A stretch of DNA of 64,000 nt from IMG/VR virus record IMGVR_UViG_3300025012_000029, positions 32,001 to 96,000 of that record. One strand, given 5' to 3'. A model generated the notes under the pieces. It saw only the letters and a list, made by a program, of their open reading frames with translations. It was not told the DNA's origin and ran no database searches. Shown one piece after another: positions 29,657 to 38,747 of this stretch. A program made the translations under genes and the position numbers. Each line of letters opens with the position of its first letter. Position 1 is the stretch's first letter. Source of the stretch: a virus (lineage: Duplodnaviria > Caudoviricetes).

Positions 29657-29681
29657 AATTAATTGAAAATTAAATTAACGA

Positions 29682-31367
29682 TCAGCCTACAAGGTCTTGT
29701 ACAACTACAAGGCCAAAGAAATCTGGTCTCACCATTTTGCGTCCAAATCGAGTCATGACAATCTTCCTTGGCACACCATCTTCTTGTCCGAACATGGTTG
29801 GTGTAACTTGAAGTGGAACATACGGAGCGAACACATACCCACTTTCTAAGAAACTATTACCATTTCTTCCCAAAAGAATCAAATTCCTAATGAAATATGG
29901 ATCCACGTAGATATCCCATTTCTTGTTTATAGTACCAAGCTTGACTGTTCCAGCTTCACCACGATCTTCATCATGGGTTACGCTAGCACGGAATCCAGCC
30001 GTAGCCTCAAGGATGTTGGCAACTTCTGGTCCACAAACCATAAAGTTGGCACCACCACGTAGAGTCTTGCGATGAATTTGTGCCGAAATTTCATTGACTG
30101 TTTCCATCAAGCTTTCATACCACTCAGAGATATTGCCAGTAAAGTCAGCACCAAGTAAATTCTCGTTGCTGCCATTGGTAATCGGAAGACCAGTGTATCG
30201 GTCAACAAATTTACCAGGGCGTCTGCTCCAGTATCCAACTCCACCTGTAGCACCCTTAATCAAATCTTCAAGAATTTCTTGATCGATTTCAAGAGCGATG
30301 TGCTCAGAAAGAAGTGAAGTCAATTCAACTTCGGCATCCAAGTTTTGATAAGCTTGAATGTCTTGTTGAAGTTCTGGAGTCCACTTTGCCTTGAGTTTCT
30401 TTGTTTCTGCTGTAATATTAATGGAATTAACTTTAATATCAATTTCAGGAATATTTGGATTATTCTCAAATCCCCAAACCGTAGTTCCAACAATCGAACC
30501 CAAAGCTCCACCAGCAACACGGTTGTCAGTGATTGGGAATGTTGTTGTAATTGCTGGTGCCCATGCTCCACCAAGAGCAACTGTTGATTCGGAAGCAGTT
30601 GCTGCCAAAACAAACATTAGATTTCCTGGATTGGTTGGATCAACAACTGTCAAACGTCGATGAACCCGCCCCGGTGCAGGAGTTGGAACTGCTGCAACAA
30701 GATTCTTCATGTCAATTTGAGTCAACGCAGAAATTGGCGTAGTTGCGATTGCGACGTTCGATCCAGAAAGATCGGCATCGTAACGAACAAGTCTGTCACC
30801 AAGCGTTGTATAAGCTGCTGTACCAGTGTAAAGTCCTGATCCGGCAGTTCCAGATGCTACAAGTGTAAATGTTGCTGAAACAGAACCTGTTGGAGACGAA
30901 TAGCCATTTGAAAGATTATAGAAACCTTTTTCAATGCTAGCTCCAGTAAGGCTAACGCCACCAGTCAATTGATTGGCAACAACGCCACCACCATAAACTG
31001 ATTCATTGGCAACATGTCCAAGTCGGGTTCTGTCGTGTTCAAAATCGAGGAAGAAGATAAGTCCTGTTGGTAGGTTCATTGGTTGAACCGAAACAAGATC
31101 GTTAGCAATCAATCCACCGAAAACACGTCGAACTAGTGGAAATGCTACAGCGGCAAAGCCTTCGACATCTCCACCTGACATTGTGGAAGCTTCTTTAAGA
31201 AGTTCCTTTGCTTGATTTTCAAGCAATAAAGCAATATTATTTACAGTGCGATCAGACTTGAGTCCTTCCAAAAGTCCTGTTTCGCGCCATTTGGCAACCA
31301 TCGCAGCACCTTCTTTTTGAAGATCACGTTGCGCGACGCCCTCTGTTAATCTTTGTACGATACTCAT
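29682..31367 (-). CDS. major capsid protein (T4 gp23-like)
   Basis: VSVQPMNLPTGLIFFLD, KKLKAKWTPELQQD, EIDQEIL, APYVPL motifs. Confidence 0.95.
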   Translation of the reverse strand: MSIVQRLTEGVAQRDLQKEGAAMVAKWRETGLLEGLKSDRTVNNIALLLENQAKELLKEASTMSGGDVEGFAAVAFPLVRRVFGGLIANDLVSVQPMNLPTGLIFFLDFEHDRTRLGHVANESVYGGGVVANQLTGGVSLTGASIEKGFYNLSNGYSSPTGSVSATFTLVASGTAGSGLYTGTAAYTTLGDRLVRYDADLSGSNVAIATTPISALTQIDMKNLVAAVPTPAPGRVHRRLTVVDPTNPGNLMFVLAATASESTVALGGAWAPAITTTFPITDNRVAGGALGSIVGTTVWGFENNPNIPEIDIKVNSINITAETKKLKAKWTPELQQDIQAYQNLDAEVELTSLLSEHIALEIDQEILEDLIKGATGGVGYWSRRPGKFVDRYTGLPITNGSNENLLGADFTGNISEWYESLMETVNEISAQIHRKTLRGGANFMVCGPEVANILEATAGFRASVTHDEDRGEAGTVKLGTINKKWDIYVDPYFIRNLILLGRNGNSFLESGYVFAPYVPLQVTPTMFGQEDGVPRKIVMTRFGRKMVRPDFFGLVVVQDLVG

Positions 31368-31388
31368 AAAATTATTCTCCTTGAATAG

Positions 31389-32726
31389 TTATTGTTTTTT
31401 TGAAATTCCAGCTAATATCTGCATTCTTTCCTTTTGTGGATTAATGCTTTCTGTAAGTGATTCCCTCGGTCTAATAGAATTGAAATTATTTTTACTAATT
31501 GCTTCATTTAGTGTTTTAGGCAATGGACGACCATCAACCTTAGACGTAAATGATTTAAACAATGTTTCAAAAACAACTTTCACTTCGTTAACAGAGTTAA
31601 TCTTTGAAATAGCTTCGACAATTTTTTGTTTTTGTCGCTCATTCAAGGAGACGCTTTCCAAAACACGATTTTTATACATTAATTGTGCATTTTGTATATT
31701 GAGTTCTTCGAGTTTCTTCGAAGCACCCATAGCAATACCTTTAATCTTATTATATTCAAGAATAATGGATTTTACTTGCTTTTTAAGAGATTGGTTTTGT
31801 TCCTGTAATGCCTCAACAGCTTTTTTTAGTTCGGCATTTTCTTCTGCAACTTCTGTATCTTGAACGTGAGCCAATTCAATTTCTCCAGATTGAATTCTTT
31901 CTGCATCAGTTGCGTGTCCTGGATGTCCATGAGGAACTGTATGAACATCTACTTGTAGCATTTCCATTAAATCATTTAATGATTCTTCTGAAAGTTCTTC
32001 CATATCGCTATCAACTTCTTCAGCTAAACCGGCCGTGGGTTGTTCAATTGGATTTTCATCTTCGGGACTAGCTGTATCTTCAGTTCCAGCAGAACTTTGT
32101 AATTGAGAAATAAGAGATTCTAGTTCCTGTTTTTCTTCAGGAACATTAATCTTTCCTACTGTTGATTCTAGTTGATTAATTGCGCTATCCAATAGACTTC
32201 TTGGCACAGGTTTTCCGGCATATGCCAATGAACCAACTTTATAAACTGGATCTCCCATTCCCATATGATACATATGTAATTCAGGTCCCAATTGAGCTGG
32301 AATCTCTACTCCATCGGAATCTTCTTCCATAAACATTCCATCTTCTTCCATTGTAGGAGCAAGAGGATCGCCCATTTGTCCAGGGAGTCCACCTAATTCG
32401 TCTCCACCCGAACTCATTTGAGAGAGTTCGTCGAAATCAATTTCAATTTCTTCTTCGTCTTCTGGACATGGGCAAGTAGATTCCCCATCAGTGGCAGCCA
32501 ATGTTAAATCTTTTGCCAGAGGATCTTCTGTTGGCGGCATGCCCATAGAGTCTCCACCAAGCGGATCTGCTAATGCTAAATCTTCATCATCCTGCTCTAA
32601 CAAAGATTCTACTGCTTCCTTAATTTGAGGAGCATACCTTTCAAGAACCATTAGTTCAGCATTTTTAAGTGCTGCCTCTTTTAAAGCCACTGCATCTAGG
32701 ATTGCCTGATCGAGCATAGAACTCAT
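31389..32726 (-). CDS. prohead scaffolding/core protein (gp22-like)
   Basis: Acidic; C-terminal coiled coil ending RMQILAGI; directly upstream of MCP. Confidence 0.8.
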   Translation of the reverse strand: MSSMLDQAILDAVALKEAALKNAELMVLERYAPQIKEAVESLLEQDDEDLALADPLGGDSMGMPPTEDPLAKDLTLAATDGESTCPCPEDEEEIEIDFDELSQMSSGGDELGGLPGQMGDPLAPTMEEDGMFMEEDSDGVEIPAQLGPELHMYHMGMGDPVYKVGSLAYAGKPVPRSLLDSAINQLESTVGKINVPEEKQELESLISQLQSSAGTEDTASPEDENPIEQPTAGLAEEVDSDMEELSEESLNDLMEMLQVDVHTVPHGHPGHATDAERIQSGEIELAHVQDTEVAEENAELKKAVEALQEQNQSLKKQVKSIILEYNKIKGIAMGASKKLEELNIQNAQLMYKNRVLESVSLNERQKQKIVEAISKINSVNEVKVVFETLFKSFTSKVDGRPLPKTLNEAISKNNFNSIRPRESLTESINPQKERMQILAGISKKQ

Positions 32727-32770
32727 TGTAATAAACTCCTAACGTAAAAACGTATAGATATAATCATAGT

Positions 32771-32778
32771 TAAATAGT
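32771..32778 (-). promoter_or_regulatory. putative late promoter ACTATTTA
   Basis: Intergenic, upstream of scaffold-MCP. Confidence 0.6.
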
Positions 32779-32808
32779 ATGTTTTATTACAAAAAGGAAA
32801 ATTTTAGG

Positions 32809-33087
32809 TCAAACCTTTCGAAAACACCATTGGTTAATGTCCAAACCATACTTTTCTGGTCCATTTATATTTAATCCATGAGTGTTGGCTATATAATTGA
32901 CTCTTTCTAAAAATAATTGTCGTCCTTTTTTGAAGTCTTCTATTAATCTGTCCTTTTCAATATTTGCTTGTGATAATTGAATTTCTAGATCAGCTAATCT
33001 AACTTTTAGTGCCAAAAGATTTCCATCTATTTCCGTTAATTGAGATACCTCTTCTTCATTTAAAAGGATTTGTTCTTCTAATTCCAT
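32809..33087 (-). CDS. small coiled-coil protein
   Basis: GAGG SD; heptad pattern; follows a fibre gene. Confidence 0.6.
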   Translation of the reverse strand: MELEEQILLNEEEVSQLTEIDGNLLALKVRLADLEIQLSQANIEKDRLIEDFKKGRQLFLERVNYIANTHGLNINGPEKYGLDINQWCFRKV

Positions 33088-33100
33088 ATTGACCTCTTTC

Positions 33101-33337
33101 TTATACTATTCCTTCTTGTGTATTAATTGCTGCTTCAACCGCTTCCCACATCTGTTCTATTGTGTCTGCAGCTTGAACAGTTATACGTAAAGCACCATAT
33201 TTCACGAATGAGGGTTCGTCAATTGATGAAACTCCATATGAAACATCTACAGTGGCAGGAAAATCCAAAGGAAGTGCTTCTGTCAGATTCATACTAATTG
33301 TAATAGAACCAGATATAATTTGTTTTGTAATTGCCAT
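33101..33337 (-). CDS. small hypothetical protein
   Basis: GAGGA SD; tight packing. Confidence 0.6.
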   Translation of the reverse strand: MAITKQIISGSITISMNLTEALPLDFPATVDVSYGVSSIDEPSFVKYGALRITVQAADTIEQMWEAVEAAINTQEGIV

Positions 33338-33355
33338 ATGTTTATCCTCTCATAT

Positions 33356-35101
33356 TCAAGTAGATTTTATTTCCAATCCTCCAAGCCCTTCCCAATGTTT
33401 TATTGCGTCTGGATCTTTCCTGGTTCCAACAACTAGCACATTGTATTTTCCAACAGAATCCGCCTGAATAATTAAGCTTGTATAGTCATCGTTTATTTTA
33501 CCAAATGCTTTTCCAAAATGTCCGTCTGCATTAACCCATACCTGTACATTTTCATTTAAATACTTAAAATAATCTGGCAATTCGACAACCGTCATCAAAT
33601 AATCTTTTACTATAGCTGAAAATCTATAAAGATTGTCTCCTCTCGTTGGAGACTCTACGAAACTATGACGAAGTTTTGTTCCACTTTTTTCTGGAACGGG
33701 GTTATTTATTAAAAAAGAACCAGCGGTTTTGCTTAGAGAACCTGAAACATGTAAATTAGTCCTAAACATGCTTCCGCTGGCAGCCAATTCGAGCGCACTA
33801 GTCAATGCATTCAAGGAAGCGCCAGAAGAACCAGACGGAGATACTTGGAAATGTATATTTCCTTGTCCTGTGCCAGTTGATTTTCCAGAAGCAATTATCA
33901 TTTTCCCGCCATCAACATTAGAACCAGAAGCATTGGTGGCGTGATATATTACCGTTCCAGGAGAAGCTGCAATTTCTCCCTGTCCAATGTAAACATCCGT
34001 TATCGTTGACGTAGAACTTCCAACAATAAATTGTGAAGAAGAAACAGAAGTTGCCTGATTTCCTAAAACAATAGAATTCGACGCCGAGACGTTTGTAAAT
34101 GCTCCAATAACGATACTGTTCGAGCCAGATAGCTGACCAGTTCTGCCAATCAGAATAGCACGGTCTCCATCAATAGTAGAGGTTGCTCCAATTGTGATGG
34201 AACCGCTTCCGCCACCTTTGTGTAAAGCAGTTTGTCCAATTGTAATTCCTGCCAAGCCTCCAATACAAGCCGCGGAATGTCCAAAAACTATATTAGTTCC
34301 GCCGCCGCCAACAGTTGTTACGGCAAAATGTCCTATGGCAATATCGTTTGCTCTAACTGTAGCTGACGAATTTCCGATGGAAATACACGTTGATCCTTGT
34401 GCCTGAGCAAAATCTCCAATCGCAATACAACTCGCCGCAACTGCACGTGCTCCTTCGCCGACGGCAACGTTTCCAAGAGAAGTCGCTTCCGAAGACTCTC
34501 CTATGGCAACAGTATTCGTAGCCGAACCAGTAGCTAGCTTACCAATAACAGTACTATCGACGCCAGACGCAAGAGCATTTCTGCCTATACAAACAGAACC
34601 AATTCCAATTGTCCCATGTGACCCAGAACCTAACAAAGTTGACGTTTCGTCTGCTTTTAAGATTATGTTGCCATCAGAACCAGAAAACGTAATCGAACCA
34701 GAACTAGATATCGTTATAATTGGTTGCAATTTTATAACAACTGGATCAGGATAGGTCCCAGACAAGTCTCCACCAGCAGGACCCGACGGGGCTCCACCGC
34801 TACCAGTTGCAGCAGTAATCGTTACTGTTCCATTTGAACCAGTCGCAAGAGTTATGTTTGTTCCAGCAATGAGGTAATCAGAGCCATCAAAAACTTTTTG
34901 TATAGAGCCTGTTAAACCACTGCCAGCAATAAAATTTCCAGTTATGGCAGTTGTTCCAGATATCTGAATATTTGATCCACTTATGATTATTCTATTAGAT
35001 GTTTCCCAATACGGTTCCGATGATGAACTGTTGGCAATAATGGTATATCCATGAGAGCCAGACTCGGTAGATAATTGTTTTAACCTAGTTTTGCCAGTCA
35101 T
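33356..35101 (-). CDS. tail fibre/adhesin with YadA-head-like repeats and C-terminal chaperone-like domain
   Basis: About 14-aa AIG/VIG repeats; C-terminal LRHSFVESP...VWVN. Confidence 0.75.
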   Translation of the reverse strand: MTGKTRLKQLSTESGSHGYTIIANSSSSEPYWETSNRIIISGSNIQISGTTAITGNFIAGSGLTGSIQKVFDGSDYLIAGTNITLATGSNGTVTITAATGSGGAPSGPAGGDLSGTYPDPVVIKLQPIITISSSGSITFSGSDGNIILKADETSTLLGSGSHGTIGIGSVCIGRNALASGVDSTVIGKLATGSATNTVAIGESSEATSLGNVAVGEGARAVAASCIAIGDFAQAQGSTCISIGNSSATVRANDIAIGHFAVTTVGGGGTNIVFGHSAACIGGLAGITIGQTALHKGGGSGSITIGATSTIDGDRAILIGRTGQLSGSNSIVIGAFTNVSASNSIVLGNQATSVSSSQFIVGSSTSTITDVYIGQGEIAASPGTVIYHATNASGSNVDGGKMIIASGKSTGTGQGNIHFQVSPSGSSGASLNALTSALELAASGSMFRTNLHVSGSLSKTAGSFLINNPVPEKSGTKLRHSFVESPTRGDNLYRFSAIVKDYLMTVVELPDYFKYLNENVQVWVNADGHFGKAFGKINDDYTSLIIQADSVGKYNVLVVGTRKDPDAIKHWEGLGGLEIKST

Positions 35102-35133
35102 TATGAAAAATTCCTAAATTATAATTAGGCAAA

Positions 35134-35691
35134 TTAGACTTTTATTTCAAGCCACGCTCCGTATATGAGAACCGCGTGTTTATTTTTTTTCATTATGTCT
35201 ATTGTTACTCTGAACAGTTCATTTCTCAATAAAAGAGATTCGTCCAATGTAAAATATGCTCTTTCTTTTTTTCCTGTCCTACCAACAATCTCAGATGTTT
35301 TTCCTAAATGAAGTTCTGACGGATCACCACAACCATAATTGACGCGAAAATCAAATTTGGCATTCTTATCTGCCTCGTATTCGATAACGACATTAAATTG
35401 TTTCTCTCCCCATGATCTTGGAATTGGCACTGGAAGATATTTTACATAACAATGTCCAAATCCTTCTTCATCAACATTTCTTTTTCCTGCTATTTTAATC
35501 CCACCCAAAAGAATATCATCGTAACTCCACCAAGAAGCGCCATCGCATAACTGAATTGGCATTAATAAAGCTGTTGCCGGATCTTCAACTCCTTGAAGTT
35601 GTTTTGCTGCAATTTTTCTTTTAGTAGGAAAAGACGAAGGGGGGATTGCCCCCCCTTCTGTTATTTGTAAAACCGCCTGAAATTCGCCCAT
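35134..35691 (-). CDS. hypothetical virion-associated protein
   Basis: Beta-rich ORF between fibre genes. Confidence 0.5.
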   Translation of the reverse strand: MGEFQAVLQITEGGAIPPSSFPTKRKIAAKQLQGVEDPATALLMPIQLCDGASWWSYDDILLGGIKIAGKRNVDEEGFGHCYVKYLPVPIPRSWGEKQFNVVIEYEADKNAKFDFRVNYGCGDPSELHLGKTSEIVGRTGKKERAYFTLDESLLLRNELFRVTIDIMKKNKHAVLIYGAWLEIKV

Positions 35692-35714
35692 ACACTATAT
35701 AGGCGCATCATTCA

Positions 35715-36902
35715 TTAAGTTGCGCTGAAGTAATAAACTAGCAATTCATCGTTGGTAGCAAGATCAACTGCGGTTCCTGTTCCAGCAAGCCATGTAATGG
35801 TCGCTCCAGAAATCGTGTAATCAAATCCTGAACCTTGACGTTGTAGCAAACCATTCAAATAAACATGAAGATTGCTCGAAGTAATTGGTGTTCCGGCAAA
35901 AGATGGCAAACCAGAGTCAGCAGTTACTGAGGCAGTAATTGCTACATTTTCATAACGAGCAAGATCGCGAACGTGAGTATGATCTGCACGAGCAAGTGCA
36001 TTGGATGAACCTTCCGCATTTGCTGAAGCAAGTCCTACTGCTGTTGCTGTAAATACCGCATGAACGTGATCACCGCGAGATGCCGAAGGTGAAGTTCCAA
36101 GTGAAGCGGCAACACCAGCACTTACTGCTGATACTGAACCAGAGAAATAAGAAACTTCTACATTGTCGGCAAGAACAATAATACCTGGTCCGGCACCAAC
36201 ATCAAGTATGTTTCCAGTCTTTGTGAGACCTTGACCAGCCGTGATAGCTCCCGTTCCAGTGAATTGCGTAAATGTAAGAGAAGTTGTTCCAAGTGTAATT
36301 GGATTATCTGTATTTAGAACCCAACCTTGATCTCCATTTGTTGTTCCTTCTTCAACAAACATTGCCATACCGGCAGTAACTTCAACATCAGCATCAGCAT
36401 CCGTTGCTCTAGTCCACGCACCAGCAGCAATAACATAGATACCATTTTGAGATCCCGATGTTTGATTCTTTACAAGAACGCGATCTCCTATGGATGCTGA
36501 AACGCTGTCAATTTGTTGAGAACCAGTAAGAGCAATTGAGCTTGTAGTTGCTAAACGAACACTATTTTTCCAATCAAGACCATTAGCTAGTGAATCTACA
36601 TATGATTTTGAAGTCGCATCTCCAGCTAAAGTGGGAGTACCCAAATTGGTAAGCTTAAATCCGCCGATCGATTGATCGGCAGTGAATGCTTGTCCACCAT
36701 CAGCTTGAATAACCGCTTCTTCGAGTTTGGTTAGTGCTATCGAAGCAGTTGTAAATTTTGTGCCTACAGTTGTAAAATTAAAATAGTCAGTTTGAATTTT
36801 CGCACGGCCGGCGGAATCTGCACTAAGAACGTTATCGGTTAAATTCGCGGTAGCGACACCATCTGATCCGGTTGCTATCTGTTTTCCTTTCAAAAAACTC
36901 AT
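35715..36902 (-). CDS. fibre/decoration protein
   Basis: GLDWKNSVRLATT...GDRVLVKNQ...NGIY domain; SASRGDHVH-type repeats; C-terminal VYLNG module. Confidence 0.75.
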   Translation of the reverse strand: MSFLKGKQIATGSDGVATANLTDNVLSADSAGRAKIQTDYFNFTTVGTKFTTASIALTKLEEAVIQADGGQAFTADQSIGGFKLTNLGTPTLAGDATSKSYVDSLANGLDWKNSVRLATTSSIALTGSQQIDSVSASIGDRVLVKNQTSGSQNGIYVIAAGAWTRATDADADVEVTAGMAMFVEEGTTNGDQGWVLNTDNPITLGTTSLTFTQFTGTGAITAGQGLTKTGNILDVGAGPGIIVLADNVEVSYFSGSVSAVSAGVAASLGTSPSASRGDHVHAVFTATAVGLASANAEGSSNALARADHTHVRDLARYENVAITASVTADSGLPSFAGTPITSSNLHVYLNGLLQRQGSGFDYTISGATITWLAGTGTAVDLATNDELLVYYFSAT

Positions 36903-36973
36903 ATATATATTCTCCTTATGCTAAAGCAAATTATTTTTATAATAAACTTTAGCATACCTGCTAAAGCTATTGA

Positions 36974-36981
36974 TAAGTAGT
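36974..36981 (-). promoter_or_regulatory. putative late promoter ACTACTTA
   Basis: Intergenic; followed by a structured leader. Confidence 0.5.
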
Positions 36982-36999
36982 TTTATTGTTATAAAAAAG

Positions 37000-37500
37000 C
37001 TACTTTAATCTTATAAAATTTTTTCCTAACCTGCAGCGCTCAATTAAATCCTGTGGAGTTGTTCTTTCTGGATCTAAGTCCATCCATTCTTCAATCAATT
37101 TCTCGTGATCGACATGGCAAACGAACTCACTACAAACTAATGCTATTGGAGACGCTAAAGGATTTTTCATTTTTTTCCTAAACCATCTCCACATAATAAG
37201 TATTATTGCATATCCTAGCAAACCGACATAATCATATCTTTCACCTAAATGTTCGCAGGCATGTTTTATCCCATCGGACATGTTGGGAACAAATTCATAT
37301 TCTTCGACAACATAATTATTTGTCATCCATTTATCTCTTGGACTAATTTGTACACCACCCATCGTAGAATGTATTAATACTGGCACTCCATATATCTCCA
37401 GTCCAATGGCAACATGACTTGATTCGCTCTTTGTAAACTTCTTTATTAGCCACGAAACTAAAGACCATGTTTTACCTGTAGTAAAAACTAAAGTAATCAT
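37000..37500 (-). CDS. permuted papain-like NlpC/P60 (YiiX/YebB-like) enzyme
   Basis: SHVAI (His) precedes RYDY and VCSEFV (Cys). Confidence 0.75.
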   Translation of the reverse strand: MITLVFTTGKTWSLVSWLIKKFTKSESSHVAIGLEIYGVPVLIHSTMGGVQISPRDKWMTNNYVVEEYEFVPNMSDGIKHACEHLGERYDYVGLLGYAIILIMWRWFRKKMKNPLASPIALVCSEFVCHVDHEKLIEEWMDLDPERTTPQDLIERCRLGKNFIRLK

Positions 37501-38222
37501 ATCGATGTATCCCTCCTAAAACAAAGCAACCATGCTGCTACATCTCCCGCTCCATCGCTTTGTTTATCAATTTTCATTACCATTTTCCAATTTGGATGTA
37601 TCCATTCAACTTTATATACATCAATATCTAGTACTCCCGTTTGATGCCCAAGAGGAATTTTCATAAGGAAGGCTACTTTTATTTCCGCAGTTATCAAGTT
37701 CCATCTAGCAGAACCTGGAGAAGCTGACATGGAAATGACTCCAGTATTATGATTTACGTCCCAATAGCCAGTTGAATCGTCAGATGGAACTGGGACGGCT
37801 TTTGCCAAATCTACGTCGTGCGCTCCAGAAATTGCTGGAATTATTATGTTAAACCCTTGTCCTGTGTCGATTGAATTGCAATTGCCCTCGCCAGAATCGT
37901 TTACACTCACATACGTAGATGACAAAACGGCATAAAAAGTAACAGAGTCGTCAAAACTCCAATTGTCAACTGGTTTAAATATTACTTGTCCGTCATGAAT
38001 TTCTGTTGGCGAATTAAATGAAAATTCTACAGTTTTTTCTCCTCTTGAATCTCCAGCAGACCAAGATAAATGAAACTTATTGCCAGCGCCTTTTATAGAA
38101 CCAGAATCACCAACGCCAGTGAACCAAGTTTTAAAACCATCCGTGGAGGGAGAAGTAACAACAAGTTGTTTACCGTCCTCTTCAAGAGCAGGTAGCAAAA
38201 TTCCAGGCATTATTGAAGTCAT
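37497..38222 (-). CDS. hypothetical virion protein
   Basis: 241-aa ORF overlapping its neighbour by 4 nt. Confidence 0.55.
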   Translation of the reverse strand: MTSIMPGILLPALEEDGKQLVVTSPSTDGFKTWFTGVGDSGSIKGAGNKFHLSWSAGDSRGEKTVEFSFNSPTEIHDGQVIFKPVDNWSFDDSVTFYAVLSSTYVSVNDSGEGNCNSIDTGQGFNIIIPAISGAHDVDLAKAVPVPSDDSTGYWDVNHNTGVISMSASPGSARWNLITAEIKVAFLMKIPLGHQTGVLDIDVYKVEWIHPNWKMVMKIDKQSDGAGDVAAWLLCFRRDTSI

Positions 38223-38223
38223 A

Positions 38224-38730
38224 CTAAGTTCCCTCTCTTCTTATTTTAACTCTTATATTGTTAGATGTTTTCTGTGTAGAATAGTTGTAAGTTGCTGTGT
38301 CTTCTACCGAACCAGAAGCGTTGTAAGTATCCACTTTTTTGTTTAAAAGTATTCCGCTACTGTTGTAGGTGTAAGATGTTTTTTTTCTGATGTCTGCAAA
38401 GTTTTCGTCTGCCCCTTTTGAGGCATATTCAGATAAATTCAATAGCCTTCCTTGGGAATTGTATTCTTCTTCGACGTATTTTGGTTCGAAGACGACACCA
38501 GAACTGCCTGTTGTCTGAGTTATATATTCGTCTTTTCTGTGAAAAGAAAGCCTTCTGGTTTTCATAAATTCATCTAAAGAATGTTTTTCGACAGATGTTA
38601 GGTCGTCGTTAAAGATGATGGCCACTTCTGGAACCCACGCACTTTTTATAAAACTTGGCGATAGACCAGTGGACCCTGATATTTTTGTTTCAAGATCTTG
38701 AATTTCGCTTCTGTAAATAAACAACCACAT
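38224..38730 (-). CDS. hypothetical protein
   Basis: ACTATTTA motif 9 nt upstream; C-terminal YD-like strands. Confidence 0.55.
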   Translation of the reverse strand: MWLFIYRSEIQDLETKISGSTGLSPSFIKSAWVPEVAIIFNDDLTSVEKHSLDEFMKTRRLSFHRKDEYITQTTGSSGVVFEPKYVEEEYNSQGRLLNLSEYASKGADENFADIRKKTSYTYNSSGILLNKKVDTYNASGSVEDTATYNYSTQKTSNNIRVKIRREGT

Positions 38731-38739
38731 ATTAATTAA

Positions 38740-38747
38740 TAAATAGT
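38740..38747 (-). promoter_or_regulatory. putative late promoter ACTATTTA, 9 nt before ATG
   Basis: ACTATTTA-TTAATTAAT-ATG with no SD. Confidence 0.5.

Noticed and set aside
35636-35658. G/C hairpin GAAGGGGGG-ATTGC-CCCCCCTTC
   Set aside because: Inside a coding region (EGGAIPPS) with no clean U tract; cannot be separated from codon chance.
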